Source of the DNA: Balanoglossus misakiensis
Lineage: Eukaryota; Animalia; Hemichordata
Reading direction: 5' to 3'
Assembly: GCA_040954595.2 (NCBI GenBank)
Contig: CM082596.2
Location: forward strand, 4,794,181 to 4,858,180
Length of the DNA: 64,000 nt
The notes under the pieces are model-generated. The model saw only the letters and a list, made by a program, of their open reading frames with translations, was not told the DNA's origin and did no database searches. A program made the translations under genes and the position numbers. Position 1 is the first letter of the stretch. Each line of letters opens with the position of its first letter. This document shows positions 30,001-41,105 of this stretch, in pieces.

Positions 30001-32901
30001 AAAACAAACTAATGACAAAGCTGACAACGGCATCCCTGTGTCTGGACCACATGCAGAAAGCAATGCACCAAGTTCAGTGTCAAGGTCACATTCCATGGAT
30101 GCAGGTCAGACTCGAACCCCATTGACTCTCCCACCTCATATACCAAATTTATGACCACTGACCTCCTAATGCAATCAGCACAATTTAGAGTTTCTAAGAA
30201 ACATGCTTCTAAGTTTATTACATGCAAACCCTGATTATACTTTGTATTATTCTGTTGGAAAAAATATGTGAAATTTGGCAGCTATAGGGGCTTTAATAGT
30301 TCAAAGGGCAGCCCTAGACTGTCCATGTCTTTCGGGAACCCAGAAAATGCAGCATAGATACCTGGCTTAAAACCAGAATTACATGTAGGTTACCATCTCA
30401 ACCACCAGAACAGAGCAACCAACAGTATATTACAGTCAGATCATAATTCATTGTACATGTATTACAGGAAAGTGACCAATGGCAGATAACCTAACTGCTG
30501 TGAGTCAGCTCACCCCCCCCCCCCCCCCATGAAAAAAAAATCTGGGTAATGGTACGTGCCAACTTAGGTTAGTGGAGAGTGAACTTACGTCACCCTTCAG
30601 ATACGTCAATGCCTAATGTCACTCATCACATATACAAATGTACAGACCAATGCAGCTCCTGACAAGTGTTTGCTCTGTCGACTCCACACACGAAAAATGC
30701 CACCAAAAGGTACCTGCCAGGGTATTTTAGATTTCATCTGATGCAAAAACAGGTTCTGGAAAGTGACACTGATAATGGTATACAGCATTAACATAAATGG
30801 TGTCTTGTATCAAACATAATTAATGGAACAAGTGCAGCGAGAGAGAGACTTTGCCCCTTTAACTGGTAAACATGACTGAAAACATCTTTGCAAACCTAAC
30901 AGATTTAGGTTCCAGGGATGGACTAGACGTATTAACTTACAAGTTGTATTTAGTACATGGGATTTGACCCTTAGGGCTTGTGCACAATGGTGGGAGGGGA
31001 AACTCTAAATAGGGTGTACAATTACCTTCTTGATGCAATATATATATTTTAATCACAGTTTATATAAACAGCGTGCCCATTGTAACATAAACAAGTTTTG
31101 TAGCATTTTCACTGTAATCAGTCTCAAAATTTGTTGATATATTGCTTAGTCAGTCGAATCTGCTTCACGGGAGGGGATGGATATATGTAACATAAATGAA
31201 GATGATAATACTGGCAGCATTGTACAGACTCTTGCTACCAGTTAAGATTTGACACACACGCCTGAAAAGTGAGAAATTTGCCCCCACCCCCACCCCAGTG
31301 AAATACCAGACTATTCAACCTATAAATTTATATTCATTCATTAAGAAACATATCCTTAGCTATTACAGAAATTCTTTATAGGTCAACTGTTAAAATACAC
31401 AATTTCTATATCATATTACTGTGAACTGTGTCACAGTACCTGTATAGACCCAAATGCGTCTTCCCTATGACCAGAGATTTTCTTTTCTTCTAAAGCATGC
31501 TGAAATGTCCACAATTAAGTAATGTAAACGGCCAGCTGCCTGAAAGCTGAACTTTTATCCTTGAAACCAAGGTTAGTCATTAATCAGATTGGTAATAAAA
31601 TTCCTTCTTTACAACAGCAATAAACAAGAACAATCACATTAGCCAATGCATTGTTAAACTGCCCCCCCCCCCAAAAAAAAAAAAAAAAAAAAAAAATCAG
31701 ACAGCTCATTATTAGTATTTTAAGAATCCATTTACTCCGGATTTATAGATAAACCACACAAAACAACACTCCACTGATTATTACTCGTTCTGTTGTGAAA
31801 TGAACACCCATGCTTAAACTATCACACAATATGTAATCTTGCCACCTGCCGGCTGCCACCCCCAACTCTACTCGGATTACAAATTTACATTTGCGCGAAA
31901 CCCATCCCCAGTTGGATTCCCACAAACAACGCAACTGCAGAAAGTTTGCTTTGTAAAAAGGGTTTAAGCGATTTTAAAAATAAGCAGTGCTGAGCTATTC
32001 GATAAGCGTTTGGTGAGGGATCGTCGTGGTTTTCATCAACAAGTGTGACGTAAGCTACTTAACCGATTTCATAACAACAGCGATCGACGCGCGTATCGTT
32101 GTGCTGCTTCTGGGGGACTGGATCACACTGCACCAACCGTGCTCCAGCTCTTCGACTGAAATCTAACTTACCCTCCAACAGTTACCTCAATTCCAAATGA
32201 TATGGACACAATTTTGTAAACGGACATTCCTTGGCTTGCAACCAACCAACCACAGCGGGAGATCGGCACCTCCTTTAGCTAACGGTACCAAGCTGAAACC
32301 GGAAGTGTCGCACGCAAGCTTGTTTTACCGTTATGGTCGTAACTTTTGACGCACACGCCTATTTTAAGACACTGACAAACACTCGCCCATGGGTTTATAA
32401 CATACCAGATATACATGCGTTCCAGGTTTAATACAAAAGAGAGAATGTGGCGTGCATTTTGTAATGATTAACTTCAATATTCCAACTTCCAAGTTCACCA
32501 CCCATCTCCATGGTTCACTATAAACAACCGAAGCAGGAAAACCGGACCAACATTGCTACATCCGATGACATTTTGAGAGGCCACAACAAGAGCTTTTCGG
32601 AAATCTATCACTTGACCGGTTTCCCATTGGCTTCTTGTATTGTTTTCTAGAACGCGATCGCTTCCACACGGCCGCGATCGCGTTCAAAGAAGTCTGATCG
32701 GCAAGGTTAGTGTACTGCACACGTGAAAATACACGGCGGTTGCGAGCTCTCAGCACAGTCATTGAACAGACGACAACCTGGGCAGACGACAGCCAACATT
32801 GACGAGACTATTTACCAAAACTTACCTCTTTGGGCGGCGACTGTGGCGATCTCAAGTACCAAGATTGAGACCACGGCTAAAAGTGATCTTCTGATTGTCA
32901 T
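1..32901 (-). CDS. LRP2: Megalin / LDL receptor-related protein 2. Multi-exon gene (many dozens of short exons); 5' part only, continues beyond the left edge
   Basis: Spliced minus-strand exons give signal peptide, 7 LDLa, 2 EGF, YWTD propellers with EGFs, 8 LDLa, 2 EGF, four propeller/EGF units, 10 LDLa, 2 EGF, then a propeller. The 7-8-10(-11) LDLa cluster pattern is diagnostic of LRP2 rather than LRP1 (2-8-10-11). GT-AG boundaries were in phase wherever checked. Confidence 0.95.
1852..6190 (-). CDS. LRP2: LRP2 ligand-binding cluster III: 10 LDLa repeats followed by EGF
   Basis: Ten LDLa units near 6070, 5740, 5494, 3771, 3461, 3139, 2775, 2520, 2272 and 1980. The last is in the same exon as [17 protein letters not shown]. 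Confidence 0.9.
6475..15885 (-). CDS. LRP2: LRP2 EGF pair and four YWTD propeller/EGF modules
   Basis: Exons encode [78 protein letters not shown] and YIYWAE. Confidence 0.9.
7014..7205. mobile_element. Possible TTAA-targeting non-autonomous element (Kolobok/T2-like ends)
   Basis: Starts TTAAAGGTACACGGTCAC, an 18-mer that recurs at ~47075; candidate other end GCTTTAA at ~7205. Confidence 0.4.
9426..9519. mobile_element. Same ~90 bp MITE, diverged copy
   Basis: TTAAGCCTTTCGTCCCCCATTTCCCTCTGTAGAGGTCC...CCATGGTGGTGACAGGGTAAA. Confidence 0.65.
11341..11432. mobile_element. ~90 bp MITE with TTAA-CCCTT termini (piggyBac-like), near full-length copy
   Basis: TTAACCCTTTTACCACC...GGGGTGGAAGGGTGAA; the internal sequence is shared with other copies in the window. 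Confidence 0.7.
14956..15047. mobile_element. Same ~90 bp MITE, opposite orientation
   Basis: TTAACCCTTTCACCCC...CCATGGTGGTGAAACGGTCAA. Confidence 0.7.
16151..18826 (-). CDS. LRP2: LRP2 ligand-binding cluster II: 8 LDLa repeats
   Basis: Eight LDLa exons near 18673, 18325, 17794, 17504, 17014, 16746, 16449 and 16151. Confidence 0.9.
19096..24140 (-). CDS. LRP2: LRP2 EGF repeats and first two YWTD beta-propellers
   Basis: Exons encode [68 protein letters not shown] and [17 protein letters not shown]. Confidence 0.9.
20905..21076. repeat. (ATC)n microsatellite, ~170 bp, in an LRP2 intron
   Basis: Long CATCAT run with a few CAC/CCT interruptions. Confidence 0.95.
21598..21654. mobile_element. 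Same MITE, partial copy
   Basis: GGACCTCTAAAGAGGGAACTGGGGGTGAAAGGGTTAA. Confidence 0.65.
24354..26379 (-). CDS. LRP2: LRP2 ligand-binding cluster I: 7 LDLa repeats, one per exon
   Basis: Seven exons near 26272, 26000, 25410, 25124, 24889, 24640 and 24354, each with a C..F.C....CI....CD...DC.D.SDE-type motif. Confidence 0.9.
30010..30170 (-). mobile_element. Possible degraded tRNA-derived SINE in LRP2 intron 1
   Basis: Minus strand has B-box-like GGGTTCGAGTC followed by TGTGACCTTGACACTGAACTT..GCATTGCT, resembling SINE bodies. Confidence 0.3.
32826..32901 (-). CDS. LRP2: LRP2 coding exon 1 (signal peptide [25 protein letters not shown])
   Basis: ATG at 32901, 25 codons plus 1 nt, then a GTAAG donor. 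Phase 1 joins exon 26379-26272 ([22 protein letters not shown]...). Not in the ORF track. Intron 1 is about 6.4 kb. Confidence 0.85.
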
Positions 32902-35007
32902 TGCATCCAGTGATGACGCTAAATGGGAAATATTTTCCACGGGAGATGGCCAGCCACCATTTGTTATGTTCGATCAATGAAGATCTATGTGCGTGAAAGT
33001 GTACGCATGCAAATCACTTTCGATCATGGCGCCCTTTATCTGCATAACAACAGGGGTCATAACCCCTCCCTTTCTCTAGTAATATACACATATGATATAT
33101 ACACGGGAAAGAGATTTGAAAACATACACCCGTTTTTGCTTTTGTAGTCTAAATCCAAAAACCATACAGCAATAAATGAAGAAAAAGGAAAATTCTACAA
33201 TCGAGAAGTCATACATACTCAGATAGTGTATATACACTATTCAGATTCCCTGACCAAGATCGTTATGATGGCAGTGCGTGGTACGAATTGAACCTACGCT
33301 GGTTCCCCATCGAGCTTACACTTTTACAGAACAACAATAAAGTTAACCCCTATTGTTTACCCAAGGACATATTTGTTCAGTCGTTTTCTGATTACAGTTG
33401 CAATTTGCTGTATTTGTCACCTCTTTAGCAAAGAATAATAAAAGAAGGGATATGTACTCTGTTTCTAACTGTCAATCTTTTTCTTTTCCATTGGATTTCT
33501 ATCTTGTTAGGCCCTAGGCGTATATAGATAAATTTTAGTCAGCCAATCAATCAGTCAGTCAGTCAGTCAGTCAGACTGATTAATTAGTTAATCAGTTAAC
33601 TGTATGGTTGTTTCTTAATTTATTTGTTTGTTTGCTCGGTTGTTTGGTGGTTAATTAGAGGCCCGATCAGTTTAGCTCTGTACTTGGATGCTGGTCCAAA
33701 TGTAGCCAGATGGTTCCACATTAGCAAGGCAATCGGTGATAATCATTATACATGTAGTGGCCTAGAATAAAAACTTCATATATTGGGACGCTTATAAATG
33801 GAGAGACAGAGAGAGAGGGAAAGAGAGACGCCATATGAGCACTGAAAAAACGCGTATAGGGCCTACATTTGTGTTTTCCCCAGGCAAAATAATTTTGTTT
33901 TCGTCGACTCTAACTCCAAATCGCTTCAGGCCTAAAGGGGTGTAGCTTATGCACAGCTGGTCCTTTCTTTCCCAATAAACAGTCGTTTATATTGAGATTC
34001 CCACATCAGGAAATACGGGCAGTTCACTTAATTTGGGATGGAAGGAGTATTGCAGCCCAGGCTCAATTTACATGTAGGTCGGTGTTTTCTGGCATACGGG
34101 GTTAAGATGCGGAGATACAGGGGGTGCTCAGGTAATATTAATTCGAAATAAAGTTCTGACCCTGACATTGATTTTACCTTTTTGAGATTCCTTGTATCGT
34201 AAGATATATCGGGATCTACTTTTGTGGGACCCCGTTTTCAGGATTTCGAGCCGATTAGCTGTGCGTGGCATGTAGCGCCAAATAAACACGCAAACGCCCC
34301 TCGAAGTAAATTTGCCGGGTCTAAACAAAAAGAGAAAACTTTTTCTCTCTTTTTTGGTCCGATTGCAGAATGTTGTATTGGGATGTGTGAGAAAACAATC
34401 CGGGGACTTTTCAGCCAAAAGACGCAACCTTTTGAGAAATAACGCAGAGAATGAAACAAAACATCAGACTTCAGTGCTATGGGGCTAGCCAGGAGATAGC
34501 TAAGTCGATAGATCTATGGGTTTTGTTCGTGAGTAATCTACCACATCACGTGACTGAGACACGCCTGAAGCTAAAGACATTAAGAACGCAAAGGCTTGCA
34601 AATATATCGTGTTTTAATACGTGACGTCACAGATTGATTATAGCCACTTATTTTTAATTTTTCTACACCCTTCCCTTGCGCGGATATTACTTCACGGAGA
34701 TGTGCGTATGTGACTGATGTGACCTGTAATTATCTTCTTCGCTTCTCGTCTACAGAATTTCGTCACGGAACTGCACTGCAAACAATGACTATAACCTTTT
34801 GTCGGAGAGCTAGGTGCTGAGTGACTTGCGCAGTGAAAGTCGGGGACGTCGGCCATCGAAGACGGAAGCCATATTCCTTTCAGGGATTGCGTCGCAATAG
34901 ACGAGAAAGTGAATGAACGTTTTTTGTCGTTTGCACGATCATACTGGGTGTCTGATTGAAAGCGCCTACACGTTACGTTTGTCGCTTTGTTACTGATTCC
35001 TGCCAAG

Positions 35008-37017
35008 ATGACGGAAATGATCTTTAGATTGACGTTATTACTGGCTGCGCTCATCTCACAGGTGGTTGCGTGTCCGTCAGACTGCGAGTGTCTCGCCGCC
35101 GAGAGCAGCGTCAAGTGCGTCGGCGTCGGACTGGATGACATCAGAGGCGAAATCCCGACAGACACAAGAATACTCGAACTCAAGAACGGCAACACGTCAA
35201 GCCTGAATTACGAGTCCTTCGCCAACCTCACATCGCTGGAGGAAATTTCGATCGACAGCAGTCAACTGCGGCACATCGATCGAAACGCCTTCACCGAGCT
35301 GACGAGTCTGCGTGTTGTGAAGATATCGAACAACCCCGTCGCCACGATCAGCGATGTCTTCGACGGGTTGGCCAGTTTGCGGGTCTTGGAGATCACTCGA
35401 TGTGGGCTTTCGACCTTGAGCAACACAACGTTTGCAGGTCTATCCCACCTGGAAATTTTAGTGTTGGATAATAACGAGATAACGGATTTTCTGAAAGGGA
35501 CATTTGATGACCTAATGGCCTTGGAAACGCTGAGCGTCGTGGGAAATCGATTGGCCGAAGTGCCCAGCGCGGCGTTATTCATCAAGACACCGTTGCGGAA
35601 GCTTTGCTTGGGCAGTAACCACATTTCAGTGATTGAAGGAAAACAGTTTAGCGAATTCAATCATTTGGAGGAATTACACCTCGACGCACTCGACGCCGTA
35701 AAAAGCGGCCTTCCGAACGACGCCTTCGTCGGGATCGAAGACACACTTGTCATATTGAGCATTGCTGATAATGAGTTGACAAGCACGCCCTCTGCCGTCC
35801 AAAACCTAACGAAACTGACTTCTTTCGATATTTCGACCAACAATCTGAACCGGTTAGAATCTGACACATTCTCCAATATGAAAAGTATGCAACGATTTTA
35901 CCTGTCTTATAACGAATTACGCGATGTACCAGCTAGCGTCTTATCCGTATTCTCGAATCTGACGGATTTGTATGCAAATAACAATTCAATATCAGCCGTC
36001 CCCACCGAATCATTCGCCGCCTGCAGTCACCTGCGAGTCTTAAATCTGGCGAATAACAACATTTCCCAAATCGCAAAAGACGCGTTTTGTGGATTGGCAG
36101 AGCTGAGTTCCGTCGATTTGTCAGGGAACGCTCTCCGGGCGCTCCCAGAAGGCGTGTTGGGCGACCCAGAAGAAAGCCTTGACGTGAAACTCGACGGCAA
36201 CCCTTGGAGATGCGACTGCCGAATCCTGTGGTTGTCCCGGTGGCTGAGATCGAACAACGGGTCAAGCAACGACCCGGGTCCCGATTGTCGCACGCCGGCG
36301 GGTATGAGAGTGAGGGACGTCGATCCACCGGCCGGCTGCACCGCTCCCAACATGAGCAGCGAAACGCCCACCGTGTCCGCCGAACAAGGCTCCAACGTCA
36401 CTCTGAGCTGCACCGCAGTCGGCTATCCCACCCCGGCGGTTTCCTGGGTGACAGCGAGCGGCAGCACCGTAACCACGGAAACCGGTAACCATGACGCGAG
36501 CGGGAAGTACAGGATGCAGGCGGCGTCTCTGATTGTAACGAACGTCGACCAATCCGACGAAGGAGTGTTCACCTGTTGGGGAAGCAATGTGATCGGCAAC
36601 GCGTCGGTCACGGTGACCGTAACCGTCGTCAACAGACCCGAGACAACGTCATCATCATGGACATCTGAACCACCGACGACAACCACGCCCAGCCCACCAA
36701 CGACGAAGCCAACGTCGAGGCCGACATCGGCAACCCCTTCCGCGTCCGCGTCCGCGTCCCCCGAGTCCACGCTCAGCAGCCAGTCATCATCAACGCTCCA
36801 CCCTCGAGCCAATCCGCCGAAAGACGGAGGGATGTCGGATCCGGAGATCGGAATGATCATCTTCAGCGTCTTCGCGCTGGTGGCGATCGGCGTGTCCGTT
36901 TTCGTCCACTGGGTGTGCAAGAAGCGCAACGCGGAGAAAGACGAGGAGGAACAGAGCTTGGCTTTTGAGAACAGAATGTTTTCTGCGTTGGATGACCACG
37001 ACGCAGGACTCATATAA
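35008..37017 (+). CDS. Single-exon type I membrane protein with leucine-rich repeats and an Ig domain (LIG/LRRN/LINGO-like architecture), S/T/P-rich stalk and short tail
   Basis: Uninterrupted ORF with signal peptide (MIFRLTLLLAALISQVVA), LRRNT CPSDCEC, about 13 LxxLxLxxN repeats, LRRCT GNPWRCDC, I-set Ig (LSCTAVGYPTPAVSW...DEGVFTCWGSN), mucin-like stalk and TM IGMIIFSVFALVAIGVSVFVHWVC. Start ATG is 35008 or 35017. Confidence 0.9.
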   Translation: MTEMIFRLTLLLAALISQVVACPSDCECLAAESSVKCVGVGLDDIRGEIPTDTRILELKNGNTSSLNYESFANLTSLEEISIDSSQLRHIDRNAFTELTSLRVVKISNNPVATISDVFDGLASLRVLEITRCGLSTLSNTTFAGLSHLEILVLDNNEITDFLKGTFDDLMALETLSVVGNRLAEVPSAALFIKTPLRKLCLGSNHISVIEGKQFSEFNHLEELHLDALDAVKSGLPNDAFVGIEDTLVILSIADNELTSTPSAVQNLTKLTSFDISTNNLNRLESDTFSNMKSMQRFYLSYNELRDVPASVLSVFSNLTDLYANNNSISAVPTESFAACSHLRVLNLANNNISQIAKDAFCGLAELSSVDLSGNALRALPEGVLGDPEESLDVKLDGNPWRCDCRILWLSRWLRSNNGSSNDPGPDCRTPAGMRVRDVDPPAGCTAPNMSSETPTVSAEQGSNVTLSCTAVGYPTPAVSWVTASGSTVTTETGNHDASGKYRMQAASLIVTNVDQSDEGVFTCWGSNVIGNASVTVTVTVVNRPETTSSSWTSEPPTTTTPSPPTTKPTSRPTSATPSASASASPESTLSSQSSSTLHPRANPPKDGGMSDPEIGMIIFSVFALVAIGVSVFVHWVCKKRNAEKDEEEQSLAFENRMFSALDDHDAGLI

Positions 37018-37037
37018 ACCATTGTCACGTTGTATAA

Positions 37038-37100
37038 TATTGTAATGTATGGTATTGAATTGTATGGTATTGTATCGTATTGTATTGTATTGTATTGTGT
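37038..37100. repeat. (TATTG)n-type pentanucleotide repeat just after the LRR-Ig stop codon
   Basis: tattgtaatgtatggtattg...tattgtattgtattg. Confidence 0.8.
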
Positions 37101-38697
37101 AATTAGTTTGTGTACAGTCTTGTTACGTGGTGCGAACCGAAATACATACATGTACTTAAAATGTTCGTCAGAATCTTCAAGTTTCAATAACTGTAATTAT
37201 GAGACGCGTATTCATGATCTGATCATGTTGATAATGTGCATTATGTTAACCATTATATGAGAATTGATGTCACGTGAGCAACAAATCCATGGGTTTTGTT
37301 GCTTTTTTTCTGACAATTAAATGTTACATTTTGTAAACTTAAATATTTGTCGTATTTATTGCACCCATATTTATATGCATTGTTAAAGGTTTTTCTATGA
37401 ATTATTTCTAAGTAAATTGCAAGCCATTTTTCCGAGGTTTTCTACATTTTTTTATTATTTGAAGATATTATGTGTTCTTTGAACGAATATTTTGCATAAG
37501 GAGAAAGTTTAAAGTATAAAAACTATATATGTATTTTCTACCCCAACAGCGTGATTCATTCCCCCCCCCCACCGCTATATTTTGTATTAAACTCACAAAT
37601 CGTTCTTTTAATTATAAGCAAGACAAAAAAATCTGTGAGTATATACAGACGTCAAAGTGGAAAATAATTGCCTATGTCGCTGGTTGACATTTTTTGGATA
37701 TTTTAATAATATGAAGTTTTGACAATCTCTTCTACACACAAAGACTGTGCGTTCAGTTTCGTGACGTTAGTATTCCACAGTGGTTTTAGTGATAACCGTA
37801 TGATTTATATGTAGATTGTATGGATGTATATCATAGAACTGTAATATTGTGATAGTTATCACGAATAAAGATTCAAGGCTGTACCACATAAATGTGTCGT
37901 TTCGAAATACGAGTGTCTTTTTTGCTCAAAAGTCTTTTTTGTGAATGAGGCGCTGGTCACCCACGAAAATTTAACCACTGTTACTATGGAGAACTGAAAT
38001 ATAGCCAATCTCAGATTGGCGCAGTAGGCGCAGAGGGAGGATGACCTATTTTCCAGAATGGCGAAAAAGGTTAGCTCATGCTTCCAAAGTACATGGTACC
38101 TCACGAGTGTCGCGTCGTTACCTGTTACACCCAAATGATTCACCTTGTCATGACGATTACCGGCACAGATCTATTATCAAAGAGACCTTTGGAGTCTGAA
38201 CTTGAAAAAAGCGACGCGCATGCGTATCGGGGTGGGGTCGTCCCTTCAATCTTTCACTCTGCTCGTTATGTTGCGCTCACGGAAAAATAAATATCAAAGT
38301 CATAGGAGTTCCATGCTCCCCAAGCCCTGTGTCCGACATTGTCTCCCTGGAAACGACACAACATGAAATGCACCGAACACAAACCAGTTACAGCGCAGGC
38401 AACAGTTATTTTGGACTTTCCATTTTAAACCAAAAACGGGTCTCTGGCAAAAGAGGTACTACTTGAAAAGGCGATGTTGTCTTCATTTTTTTCTTAAGGA
38501 TTTATAATCAGTGTGACGTCATTTTTATGACTTACTAGCACCCAATGACGAGCGCTGTGAATATGATGATGTCATCCTGCAGGCTGTCTCGTGACAACGC
38601 GAGTCAACATGACCGAGTTTTAGTGGTCTCAATATTGGGGAACCGGGACACAGAAAAGGCCATTGTTTTCCTGCGACGCAACAGGTGGCTACACGAA

Positions 38698-41105
38698 ATG
38701 GCATCCGCGACGATAATTGCAGCACAGCCCGCCGCCGTCCAAGTCCAGCAGCCGACTGTAAGTCTCATCGTCGAGGTACCGCCGGACAAGAAGGTCTGCG
38801 AGGCCTACATCCTGGGCATACCGCTCGGCTGGCTTGGGGCGCACCAGTTTTACCTGGGGCGCAGTGGCTGGGGAACGCTGTACCTGTTCACGCTTGGATT
38901 GCTCGGGATCGGATGGGTGGTCGATCTGATCCGCATGCCGTGTTTGGTCCACTCGTTGAACAAGGAGCGACGCGAACGGGCCGGCACGGTGCCACCCCCT
39001 CCGGATAAGAAGCGCGTCGACGACGCATACATACTGTGTATACCGTTTGGGTGGCTAGGTGAGGAATTACACATTCTTGCAATGCTGCTCACATACCATA
39101 GATAGATGTTAATGCTTAACATTTAACATTTTTCTTTTCTGTCATTTTAGCCTTTAAAATTCATTGAAAAGAGTTTTCGGTTTGTGAACTTTTTTAAGCC
39201 TTAAGCAAGACTTTCCCAGATAGTTATACCATTTTGAATTATTTCTCAATTGACTTCGTCGAAAACTTGCACAATTTGGCATCTCGAACAGTTTTGCAGA
39301 TTGAGGGATAGACAAAAATAGCGATGATATTTTTCACCGATTTTCTTGGGCACGGTAGTAGGGCCTGGCTTATATATAGCTCACGTGATACTCGACCTCA
39401 TAAAATTGACTGAGGACTGAGACGTGAAGGTCCTGCGCTGTTTGTCGGGGTGTCGCTTTGGTTTTGCTGGCCTTTTGTCGCTAACGAAAAGTAAAATTTA
39501 CAGCCCCGCAGATTATTGGCTGAACCAGTGGTTTTTATAAGACGGTGACAAAGTTCTCCCGAGAGATTTACTCCGGCTGTTGAAGTAGAATAAAATCCAC
39601 CATTCAGAGATTCGGACTCGCGTTTGCTTTGTTCTCTCGTACGCGCCTCGAAAATAATACTCGCGCATTCTAAAACCTTTTGCTCAAGGCAACGTTAGAT
39701 TCTTCTCTCTTGAAATATAGAATCAAAATTTTGAAAGAGAGAGAGAGAGAGAAAAACATTTTCAAATTAGGAATTCAAATCGCCGCCAATGGAAAAGAGA
39801 TAAGGCCTTATCTATCGTTTACCTTGCAGCAACGCTATATTTGTATGGCCACTGTTTCTGGAGACAGCCCAACTTGACCGCAGAATCGCGCATCCACTAA
39901 GAATATATTGTTACGGTAGAAATAACCGGGAGCACACAATGGAGTTTGTAGTTCAACAACAAAATATTTAATTGGAACAATTTGCTTTCTAATGTCAAAA
40001 AAGTCTTACAGAAAAAAATGTTCTTTTTTTACCCTGCTTGGTCGAGGAATTATCGAGTCCTCTAAAAGTCCTGGTCGAGTTCAAGTCTCTCCAAAGCACA
40101 GAAGTCCGTTGCTCACAAAAGTCTGTTGTTCACAGAAGTCCGTTGTTCATGGAAGTCCTTCTCCAGACAACACGATACATATTGTAGGGCCAGTTAGTTG
40201 GACCGCAATTTCCCAAGGCGATGTGCTTCAGAGTGACGTGCTCCTGCCATGCAGTGTCGAGAAGTGTTCCTCGTGGTTTGTGTGAAAATGCCTTTTATAC
40301 CAGTGACCAGCTGGTTAAATAATATTATAATGAACTAATTGAAAAGCAGGGCCTTTTGTAAAGCAAAAGAAAAAATACTTCTCTCTCGACCAAGCAATCA
40401 AATTTACAGAACTAAATACTGTGTGCCGTAACAATCTATTCGAAATCAGTAGAATTTAGAGAAACAGTAAAATAAATTTGAGTGAACTTCGCTCGGCTTT
40501 ACTGTTTAAGCAAAGCTGTGTCGGCAAATAATCTGAGTACATCTTGTAATCTTTCCTTCCCGCAGCGGCTGATCCCAGAAAAATAAACAGTAGCATATCT
40601 GAATAACTATGTGTACTAAATTCCGTAATATTTTTCTCTTGTCGACTTTACAGGTCTTCACCATTTCTATCTGGGTAGACCAGGCTGGGGTTGCTTGTAC
40701 ATGTTCACGTTGGGAATTTTCGGCATCGGCTGGCTCTTCGACATCTGCCGTCTGCCGTGCCTGGTGAACAGCGTCAACGAGGAGAGACTCGCCAAATACG
40801 AGCAGAGTCGACTGATTCCGGACAACAGCCGGGGCCGCGTGACCGTCACCGTCTACCAAACCACGATCACAAACACCACGGGAGTTCCACAGCCACAACC
40901 ACCACCGCCCGGGCCAGCCTATCCGGTGGCGGCGGCATACCCGAGTACCAATCCCCCGGGAGCCAACCCGCCGCCACCGTACAGCGAGGCGGGCCTCCAT
41001 CACGCGTCCGCGGCTGCAGAACCCACGCCGCCGCCGTATCACAATCCGGCCTATACGCAGCAGTCCGAAAAAGCCGAAGTGAACGAGAAGGGGCATCTCC
41101 CTTGA
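38698..41105 (+). CDS. Tandem TM2-domain membrane protein with proline-rich C-terminus; exons 38698-39058 and 40654-41105
   Basis: Two repeats, [41 protein letters not shown] and [12 protein letters not shown]|[30 protein letters not shown] phase-1 GT-AG intron joins the exons in frame. The start codon is less certain. Confidence 0.85.
39909..40433 (-). mobile_element. Probable solo LTR (525 bp) in the TM2 gene intron
   Basis: Termini TGTTACGG...CCGTAACA (8-bp inverted, TG..CA). Flanks ATAT/ATCT form an imperfect 4-bp TSD. Minus-strand TATAAAA near 40295 and ATTAAA near 39970. Short internal tandem repeats at 40100-40158. Confidence 0.6.

Noticed and set aside
1-32901. Alternative call as LRP1 or LRP1B
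   Set aside because: The first cluster has 7 LDLa repeats, not 2.
34119-34490. Possible transposon remnant between LRP2 and the LRR-Ig gene (similar-looking segments at ~39150-39350, 50210-50400, 54170-54700)
   Set aside because: Composition suggests repeats, but I could not define termini, TSDs or a second copy in the window.
36423-37187. Long antisense ORFs over the LRR-Ig gene (also over the sulfotransferase at 47491-48321 and TM2 exon 2 at 40506-41117)
   Set aside because: Shadow ORFs of GC-rich coding sequence with no recognisable domains
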